DNA from: Bacillota bacterium
Lineage (GTDB): Bacteria > Bacillota > Desulfitobacteriia > Desulfitobacteriales > JAJXUE01
Assembly (NCBI GenBank): GCA_021811155.1
Contig: JAJZPO010000004.1
Location: 1,963 to 65,962 of the forward strand
DNA length: 64,000 nucleotides
Direction of reading: 5' to 3'
Part shown: positions 28,541-37,098 of the stretch, one piece after another
Position numbering within the stretch: position 1 is the first letter of the stretch
How the letters are laid out: each line of letters begins with the position of its first letter
The notes under the pieces: model-generated
Seen by the model: only the letters and a program-made list of their open reading frames with translations
The model's database searches: none
What the model was told of the DNA's origin: nothing
Position numbers and translations under genes: made by a program

Positions 28541-29125
28541 TCAGGCTCCTTTTCCCACCTCACCGTTCCAACGCTTAAATAAATGGTGCTTGATGCCGAA
28601 TTGGTCCAGCACTTTGCCCACGGTCTGGTTGACAATGTCATCAATGCTCTCGGGCAGGTGGTAGAAGGCCGGCACAGGGGGCATAATCGTCGCTCCGATT
28701 TCCGCCACGCTTGTCATCAGGCGCAGGTGTCCCAGGTGCAGCGGAGTTTCCCGTACCAGCATGACCAGCTTGCGCTTTTCCTTCAGACAGACATCTGCAG
28801 CCCTGACCAGAAGGTTGTCATTATAGGAGTTGGCCACAGCGGAAAGGGTCTTGATGGAACAGGGAGCAATCACCATGCCGTCGATGAGGAAAGACCCGCT
28901 GGCGATAGCCGCTCCGATATTGGTGTAGTCATAGTCCTTGCCGGCCAAAGCGCGCACTTGGCTCAGCGTATAAGACGTCTCAGTCAGGATGGTCCTTTCC
29001 GCGTCAGGCGAGATTACTAAATGAGACTCCACGCCAACTGCCTGGAGACTTTCCAAAAGCCGTACGCCGTAAATCGCCCCGGAAGCCCCGGAAATACCGA
29101 CTGCAACTTTGATCTGTTTACTCAT
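28541..29125 (-). CDS. ubiX: Flavin prenyltransferase UbiX (prFMN synthase)
   Basis: 194 aa. VGISGASGAIYGVRLLE and MVIAPCSIKTLSAVA motifs. Confidence 0.9.
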   Translation of the reverse strand: MSKQIKVAVGISGASGAIYGVRLLESLQAVGVESHLVISPDAERTILTETSYTLSQVRALAGKDYDYTNIGAAIASGSFLIDGMVIAPCSIKTLSAVANSYNDNLLVRAADVCLKEKRKLVMLVRETPLHLGHLRLMTSVAEIGATIMPPVPAFYHLPESIDDIVNQTVGKVLDQFGIKHHLFKRWNGEVGKGA

Positions 29126-29141
29126 ATCCGCTCCCCCTTAC

Positions 29142-31514
29142 CTACAAAAACTTCAAGGCCAACTGCACCTGCAAATTCACTTCCGCATCTGCCAAATCCA
29201 GGCGGGCAATTTCCTGAATCCGCTTCAAACGGTATTTCAGGGTGCCGTCGTTCAAGTACCCCCGGCGGGCGGCAGCCTGGATGTTCTGGTTGTTCTGAAA
29301 ATACAGTTTCAAGGTCGAAATCAGCTCCGTGTTATGCTTTTTGTCGTAGTCCATCACCTCCCCCAACAAGTTTCTGGTGAACCAGACAAACCGTTCCGGG
29401 TGAATCCCCAGCATGCCGTACACGCCCAGCTGTTCATAACCGAAGCAGATGTTGCTCTTGTTTAACTGACGCATAATCTGGTTGGCGGTACAAGCATTGG
29501 TATAGTTCTGTCTGGTTTCGGCAATGCTGCCGCTTTTGGCCCCTATCGTTATCCACCACTTCATGGCTGGGAAATCCTTTAGCCCTTCCACCAGCTTTTG
29601 GGCCAGATTTTTGACCAGACAGTTATCCTCATCCCGGCAATAAAGCACCACGATCCTGTTTTCCTGAAACCCCAAGAGTCCGTTAGCCGGCATCCCGTCA
29701 GTAATGTCGCTGACAAACTTGCTGACCTGGCCCAGCCCGCTGCCCTCAAACTCCATCACCATCAGGCTGATGGGGTACTCCAAAGTTAAACCTGAACGCA
29801 AGCACCAGGCCATAACCTGCTCCTCCGTGAAGTTCTCCGCGAAGAGCCATTCGCGCAGCAGGTTTTCAACCAGGCGCCGCCTGTTTTCAATCAGTACCTT
29901 TTGTTTAAGAATCTCCAGGGCAATCAATACGCTGGCATCCCGCAGGATCAGTTTTTTGTCTTCCGCCAGGTACTGGTCCAAGAGGTCCACTGTGAGAAAT
30001 CCGAGGATTTCACCGCCGGCCACAACCGGTGTAAGGCAGCGCCGTGTTGCGTTTCCCGCTTTATCCACTGCCTGGATCACCGCGGTTTCCCGTCTGGTAT
30101 AAAAGCCCTCCGGTTCCGCAGGCAGGTCTTGCACCATCTCTCTCGAGGAAACAGCCCTGCCCTCCCCGCCTCTGCTTTCAGCCAGGATCATAAACTCTTT
30201 ATCCTCGATCCAAACTGGCAGACCCAATGACTGGGAGATGGCCTGGGTGATTTGCTGCAGTCCCGCATCCCCCAAGACCAGCCCGGTCAGTTGGTCGTGC
30301 AGATCTATTGATTTTTGCATGGCCGCGTGCTGCCTTAGCAGATATTCATTGACCCTGTTCAGCTCCAGGTTTTTTTCCTGCAGTTTCCGGTCTGTCAGCC
30401 TGTACAAGCGGGTATTCTCGATGACCATGGCCACTTGGGTGCCCAACAAGACCAGCAAATTCTGGTCATCCTCATTAAAGCCGTGTCCGGTCAATTTGTT
30501 GGCGGCAATCAATGAGCCAATCTGGCGGCCGTTGGAAACCAAAGGGACCCCCAGAAAATCTTTGGCCGGGGTGATAAAAGGAAAATTGTCTGGCAGATCA
30601 TCCCCGTGCAGGCGCAGCGGCGCCCCATTTGCCAGCAAATTGGCCAGTACTCCCTTCACCTGACCGAACGTCTTATGCACAACTTCGCTGCTCCCAAGTT
30701 TGTACCTGAAGACATCATATCCCTTGCTCTCAACCTTATTGACAACCAAATAGATCTTTTCAGCCAGGACCATCTGACACACCTGGCGGTAAAGGTCTAT
30801 GTCCGATTCGTTGAAATCGAGGCCTTCGGACAGGTTCATGACAGTCTCATTCAGCACTTTCCACTGGTTAACCCTGTCCCTTTCCTCCCGCAGCATGTGC
30901 TGCAGGCTCTTTACCACCGCATTAGGCTGCAGGTCCTGCCAGTATCTGTCAGCCTCGCTGGTCCATTCCTCTTTGGTCCGGATTTCATACTGGCAGTAAG
31001 GATCCCCTTTGGCTATGCACTTTGTTTCCACACAGACCGCATCTCTGCCCATAAATCCGCTGCTGTAGCCGCTGGCGTATCCGACCAAAGTCCAGCACAC
31101 CGGCTCCAGGGAAGAACCATAACTTTTCAGGTACTCTTCTGCCTCATAGGAGTTGCGCCAGATGCCGCGCATGTAAAAGTGACCTGTGCTGCGGTCATAA
31201 TCCAAGACCTCATTGGTAACCTGCACAAGTCCTTCCAGGGTATGGATGGTCGGCCCCGCCAACATCCATTCGGCATCGGTTTCCGGGTTAAAGTAATTCT
31301 TCACACTCTGGGAGTCGCTGTACCCGCAGCGGTAGCCAAACCGGACCAGCACACCTCTTGCCAGGTCCATCCCCAAAGTCTTGATCAGTTCATCTTTCAA
31401 TTGACTCAAGGCATCAGCGTGGAACAACAACAGCCTGTTTCCCCGAAAAGAAATCAATCCCTTTTGGGTGTCCAGGCTGACAATATCCTGCAGGTTCATC
31501 CATTCCAAACTCAT
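29142..31514 (-). CDS. Transcriptional regulator with XylR_N/V4R aromatic-sensing domain, GAF domain and PucR-type C-terminal HTH
   Basis: N-terminus LLLFHADALSQLKDELIKTLGMDLARGVLVRFGYRCGY and VCWTLVGYASGYSSGFMG...GDPYCQYE, as in DmpR/XylR sensors. C-terminus LISTLKLYFQNNQNIQAAARRGYLNDGTLKYRLKRIQEI. Confidence 0.8.
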   Translation of the reverse strand: MSLEWMNLQDIVSLDTQKGLISFRGNRLLLFHADALSQLKDELIKTLGMDLARGVLVRFGYRCGYSDSQSVKNYFNPETDAEWMLAGPTIHTLEGLVQVTNEVLDYDRSTGHFYMRGIWRNSYEAEEYLKSYGSSLEPVCWTLVGYASGYSSGFMGRDAVCVETKCIAKGDPYCQYEIRTKEEWTSEADRYWQDLQPNAVVKSLQHMLREERDRVNQWKVLNETVMNLSEGLDFNESDIDLYRQVCQMVLAEKIYLVVNKVESKGYDVFRYKLGSSEVVHKTFGQVKGVLANLLANGAPLRLHGDDLPDNFPFITPAKDFLGVPLVSNGRQIGSLIAANKLTGHGFNEDDQNLLVLLGTQVAMVIENTRLYRLTDRKLQEKNLELNRVNEYLLRQHAAMQKSIDLHDQLTGLVLGDAGLQQITQAISQSLGLPVWIEDKEFMILAESRGGEGRAVSSREMVQDLPAEPEGFYTRRETAVIQAVDKAGNATRRCLTPVVAGGEILGFLTVDLLDQYLAEDKKLILRDASVLIALEILKQKVLIENRRRLVENLLREWLFAENFTEEQVMAWCLRSGLTLEYPISLMVMEFEGSGLGQVSKFVSDITDGMPANGLLGFQENRIVVLYCRDEDNCLVKNLAQKLVEGLKDFPAMKWWITIGAKSGSIAETRQNYTNACTANQIMRQLNKSNICFGYEQLGVYGMLGIHPERFVWFTRNLLGEVMDYDKKHNTELISTLKLYFQNNQNIQAAARRGYLNDGTLKYRLKRIQEIARLDLADAEVNLQVQLALKFL

Positions 31515-31610
31515 TTCCCATACCTCCCAGGCCCCAAGGCTCCAGAGTCATTTTCGGAAAATTCAGAATGTTTTAAGATAAACTCTACCACACCTGCTAC
31601 TTCAAATCTA

Positions 31611-31660
31611 TTACCACTTTGGCTAAACATTCACTGGGGGGTTTACCTACTTTGGCTAAA
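31611..31660 (+). promoter_or_regulatory. 17-18 nt direct repeat TTACC(T)ACTTTGGCTAAA x2, candidate operator
   Basis: Core ACTTTGGCTAAA at 31616-31627 and 31649-31660, about 100-145 nt upstream of the regulator start. Confidence 0.35.
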
Positions 31661-31774
31661 TTCCATCCTTCATCATCGGTGTTGTTTAACCTAAGTATAG
31701 CAACGAAGCCGGAATCCACAACCGAAATAAGCTGGACGGTGAAAAATAACGGTTCAAAGGTCAGCCTGGCAGAC

Positions 31775-31808
31775 AAAAACAGGAGCTGCTTTTCACTCCT
31801 GTTTTTCG
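31775..31808. terminator. Orphan bidirectional terminator
   Basis: AAAAACAGGAG-ctgcttttca-CTCCTGTTTTT. No annotated CDS ends next to it on either strand. Confidence 0.7.
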
Positions 31809-31833
31809 ACCGTTTGGACCCATTACTTGTAAA

Positions 31834-33433
<1,600 letters not shown>

Positions 33434-33500
33434 TGAACGCTGAAGCGGCTTAGGCCCGCCGCTCCATAGGGCTAAGAGTATTAAAAAAGGAGGAGTCGCT

Positions 33501-33785
33501 ATGTTGGTTCACTCCACCGGTCTCGGGAAAACCGTACTCACTGCCCAATTCAGCCAACTTGAGCCGAACCAGGAAAGTCAGGAGCATGGGCTGACGATGA
33601 AAATCGAAGCAACGGAGCCTGTTCATTGGTATATTACATGTGACCTGGGCGGCGATGACATCAGGAAGGCGCTTAAAATAGCGCTCAAGCCAGCGGTTAT
33701 GGCCAGAGTTTTAAGGCTCTTGCTGCGCAGGTCCCCGTCAGCCCGGGCTCAGGCCAATTCCGGCAATCAACCTGGCAATGTTTGA
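33501..33785 (+). CDS. Hypothetical 94-aa protein
   Basis: ATG preceded by AAAAAGGAGGAG. No family recognised. Confidence 0.5.
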   Translation: MLVHSTGLGKTVLTAQFSQLEPNQESQEHGLTMKIEATEPVHWYITCDLGGDDIRKALKIALKPAVMARVLRLLLRRSPSARAQANSGNQPGNV

Positions 33786-33812
33786 ATGACCTGAAAGAGG
33801 GGAGGATTTTTC

Positions 33813-33956
33813 GTGGCTGATGCAATCTATGACGCCATCGTGGTAGGGGGTGGACACCACGGTACTATAATGGCCTGTTATCTGCAGAAGGCGGGCTTAA
33901 GGACAGCCATTTTTGAAAGGCAGCATGAGCTGGGGCAACTGGAGCAAAGGGGGTGA
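33813..33956 (+). pseudogene. Orphan N-terminal FAD-binding (Rossmann GxGxxG) fragment of a phytoene-desaturase-like oxidoreductase
   Basis: GTG after AGAGGGGAGGA. Encodes VADAIYDAIVVGGGHHGTIMACYLQKAGLRTAIFERQHELG, then QLEQRG and a stop (47 codons). Confidence 0.6.
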
Positions 33957-33960
33957 AGCC

Positions 33961-34710
33961 TTGCGTTTAGCTGGAAAAGTCGCAGTAGTCACCGGCACAG
34001 CCCAGGGCCTTGGCCGGCAATTCTGCCTTAAGCTTGCAGCAGAAGGAGCCAAGGTGATTGCGGCTGATATCAATCTGGCCGGTGCGGAGGAAACCGCCCG
34101 AATCATCCGGGAAGCGGGCATGGAGTGCCTGGCAGTGAAAGCCAATGTTACAGAGGAATCCGACACTTTTGAGATGGCGGAAAAAGCTGTTGCCAGCTTC
34201 GGTAAAATTGACATTCTCGTAAACAATGCGGCAATCTACGACGGTCTGGAACGAAAATCCTTTTATGAGATTGACTCCGGGGAATTTGACCGGGTCCTGG
34301 CCGTAAACGTGAAGGGGATCTGGCTCTCAGCCAAAGCCGTTTACCCGGCGATGAAGCTCCAGGGCAAAGGAAGAATTATCAATATTTCCTCAGAAACAGC
34401 CTTTACCGGTTCCCATGGGTTTGTACACTACGTAGCGTCAAAGGGTGGGGTTGTTGCACTCACCAGAGCCCTGGCCAGGGAAGCGGGCCGGGATAACATT
34501 TGCGTCAATTCGGTAGCACCGGGTTTTACCGCCACCGCAGCAAGCGCCCACCTATCCAGTCTGGACAGCTATGATGTCAGCCGCAACTGCATCCGGCGCC
34601 TGGGCCAGCCCGAAGACCTCTTGGGAATTGTGACTTTTCTGGCTTCCGATGAGAGCGGCTTCATCACCGGCCAAACCATCCTGGTAAACGGCGGACGTGA
34701 GATGCGCTAG
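33961..34710 (+). CDS. Short-chain dehydrogenase/reductase (FabG-like)
   Basis: LAGKVAVVTGTAQGLG, NNAA and the catalytic YxxxK (YVASK). Preferred TTG 33961 after AAGGGGGTG. The track ORF starts at 33913. Confidence 0.9.
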   Translation: MRLAGKVAVVTGTAQGLGRQFCLKLAAEGAKVIAADINLAGAEETARIIREAGMECLAVKANVTEESDTFEMAEKAVASFGKIDILVNNAAIYDGLERKSFYEIDSGEFDRVLAVNVKGIWLSAKAVYPAMKLQGKGRIINISSETAFTGSHGFVHYVASKGGVVALTRALAREAGRDNICVNSVAPGFTATAASAHLSSLDSYDVSRNCIRRLGQPEDLLGIVTFLASDESGFITGQTILVNGGREMR

Positions 34711-34785
34711 TCAATTTGGCGCCGTCCCCAAGTGACCCGGGACGGACCATGAAAAACCATTTCCCTGGAAGACGCCATAAAGCAG

Positions 34786-35181
34786 ATGATTAAGTCCAAT
34801 GATCCGATCGTCCTCAAAGTTGTGGTGGGCTCCTTCCCTGTCCCCAAGACGGAACTGAAAGCGGATCTCTATGGCATTTCAGGCTCGCCAGGAATTGCCG
34901 AAGGAATCGCGCGAGTGGTGCTTAACGATACCGATCTGGCTGAATTGAAGTCGGGTGAGATTCTCGTAGCTCCTTCCACCTATCCCAGTTGGACACCGGT
35001 ATTTCCCCTGCTTAGCGGTGTGGTGGTGGACAGGGGCGCCAGCCTGTCCCATGCCGCCATTGTCGGGCGGGAATACGGTATCCCCGTGGTCATGAATGTC
35101 TTTGACGGCAGCAAACGGATCAGGACAGGACAAAGAATCCGGGTCGACGGTGACATGGGGGTTGTCTACTTTATTGATTAA
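34786..35181 (+). CDS. Stand-alone PEP-utilizer swivel (phosphohistidine) domain protein
   Basis: 131 aa. GEILVAPSTYPSWTPVF...DRGASLSHAAIVGREYGIPVV, homologous to the C-terminus of the 573-aa PpsA-like protein. Confidence 0.8.
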   Translation: MIKSNDPIVLKVVVGSFPVPKTELKADLYGISGSPGIAEGIARVVLNDTDLAELKSGEILVAPSTYPSWTPVFPLLSGVVVDRGASLSHAAIVGREYGIPVVMNVFDGSKRIRTGQRIRVDGDMGVVYFID

Positions 35182-35216
35182 CATTGATTAACCGAAAACG
35201 CAGAGGAGGAAATGAC

Positions 35217-36254
35217 ATGGCTGCCAAGTGGTTGTTTTGGTTTAATGAACTGGGCAGTGGCGACATCAATCTGGTCGGAAAAAAATGCGCCAATCTTGGC
35301 GAAATGACCAAGGCCAGGGTCTCTGTTCCTCCCGGATTTGCCCTGTCCTTGGAGGCTTACCAGCGCTACATGCGGGACGCGGGGCTGACAGTGGAAATCA
35401 GCGAGTTTTTGCAGCGGTTCGGGGAGCAGGGGCCCAGAACATACGGCGAGTTTGCGGAGGCCAGCGGCTTTATCCGGGCGCTGATGGAAACCAAGCCCAT
35501 GCCTGCGGATATGGCCGCAGAGATCAGGCAGAATTACCGTTCCCTCTGTGCCCTATGCGGTCAGGACGATGTTGCTGTAGCCGTTCGCTCCAGCGGACCG
35601 GTCAGCATGCCCGGCGCTTTTGAAACCTACCTCAATGTAAGAGGCGAAGAAGACGTCATTGCCCACATCATCAAGGTGTGGGCCAGTACCTTTACAGTTC
35701 AGGCCATTGGACACAGAGTCAACAACAATCACCCCCTGCTCATCCCGGGCATCGGGGTGGCTGTGCTGAAAATGGTCCGGGCTAAAACGGCCGGGGTTGC
35801 CTTCACCATGCATCCGACCACCATGGATTCCACCAAAGTAGTGATTGAAGGAACCTGGGGCCTGGGGGAAAGTGTAGTCGGCGGCGGGGTAAGCCCTGAC
35901 CGCATCATCGTCGACAAACTGACCGGAGAGGCGGAGAAGCATATCAACCCTAAACTGAAACAAGTCGTTTACAAAGACAAGGGTACACATACCGTCGATG
36001 TGCCGGAAGATCGGCAAAATGCCCTCTGCCTCAACGACGACGAGATTAAGCGCCTGGTCGATTTGGCCCTGCAGGTGGAAAAGTACTACGGCGTGCCTCA
36101 GGACATTGAATGGGTTTTTGACGATAACCAAGGCGCATGCAGCCTCTACCTGGTTCAGACGCGCAACATCTCTGTAATCAAATCCAGGAAGAAAGAAGCG
36201 GAACAAATCGCCGATATGATGCTGCGCAGGGTCTTCCGCTCAGGCGTGGGCTAA
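35217..36254 (+). CDS. PEP-synthase-type ATP-grasp nucleotide-binding protein (PpsB-like, second copy)
   Basis: LVGKKCANLGEM...VAVRSSGPVSMPGAFETYLNV. Preferred ATG 35217 after GAGGAGGAA. Confidence 0.8.
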   Translation: MAAKWLFWFNELGSGDINLVGKKCANLGEMTKARVSVPPGFALSLEAYQRYMRDAGLTVEISEFLQRFGEQGPRTYGEFAEASGFIRALMETKPMPADMAAEIRQNYRSLCALCGQDDVAVAVRSSGPVSMPGAFETYLNVRGEEDVIAHIIKVWASTFTVQAIGHRVNNNHPLLIPGIGVAVLKMVRAKTAGVAFTMHPTTMDSTKVVIEGTWGLGESVVGGGVSPDRIIVDKLTGEAEKHINPKLKQVVYKDKGTHTVDVPEDRQNALCLNDDEIKRLVDLALQVEKYYGVPQDIEWVFDDNQGACSLYLVQTRNISVIKSRKKEAEQIADMMLRRVFRSGVG

Positions 36255-36290
36255 GAACCAACTTTATAACTGTTCAGGGAGGGGAAAGCG

Positions 36291-36860
36291 GTGAGAGAGA
36301 TTGCGGACCGGATTCGTGAACTAGCGGATCCCTATCTAAAAACCCGGAAGAATGATATCCATACGGATATCTCTTATGGCTATGCTTTAAAGCTTTTGCA
36401 GCTCGAACCGGGCGACCCCGCTCTCGTCATCCCTGCCATACTCTGCCATGACTTGGGTTGGAGCAAGGTTCCCGCAGACCTGCAGACCACAGCCTTCGGC
36501 CCCAACGCCTTCGACTTCGGCCTGAGAAGAGTGCATGAGGTGGAAGGGGTAAAACTGGCCAGGATCATTCTGCAGCAGGTTGATTATAATCCGGCAAAAA
36601 TCGAAGAGATCCTGCAAATCATCGATGGCCATGATTCGCGCCTCACCGCCCTGTCCGACAGCGACAAACTGGTGAAAGATGCCGACAAACTTTTTCGCTT
36701 TGATCCAGCGGGTTTCCGGGTTAACCTGGAATTGCTGAGCATCGAACCAGCCACCCTCATCCAATACCTGTCTGACCGCATCGAACCGTGGTTTTTCACA
36801 TCCTCAGCCAAGCGCCTGGCCATGGACAACCTCGCCAAACTCAAACGCCTGGCCATCTAG
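36291..36860 (+). CDS. HD-domain phosphohydrolase-like protein
   Basis: 189 aa. AILCHDLGW and the later HD (IIDGHDSR) pattern. GTG start after GGGAGGGGAAAG. Confidence 0.7.
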   Translation: MREIADRIRELADPYLKTRKNDIHTDISYGYALKLLQLEPGDPALVIPAILCHDLGWSKVPADLQTTAFGPNAFDFGLRRVHEVEGVKLARIILQQVDYNPAKIEEILQIIDGHDSRLTALSDSDKLVKDADKLFRFDPAGFRVNLELLSIEPATLIQYLSDRIEPWFFTSSAKRLAMDNLAKLKRLAI

Positions 36861-37098
36861 GACGCACGGACGGTTCTGGCTGTCCCAGCGAATGTCAGAA
36901 GGACAGATCCTTTGACACCGCTACCTTTTGTTTAAGCCCAGTATTGCTGCAGTCCACCTCGCCCCTATGGTTAAGCCGGTGTCAGTGAACCTGTCCCCTT
37001 GACACAAAGCATTGGGTGAGCTGGGTTTGCTGGTGTGCGAGGCAGACCAGCGATGAATCAGTCCTAGCTAGATTTCAGCCTGAAAAGGGGGGGCTAGG

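Noticed and set aside
36861-37098. 238-nt leader of the MOP-type Mo enzyme as a Moco riboswitch
   Set aside because: I could not find the conserved Moco-motif elements I remember. Only a CCTAGC/GCTAGG hairpin around the RBS is evident. This needs cmscan before any claim.
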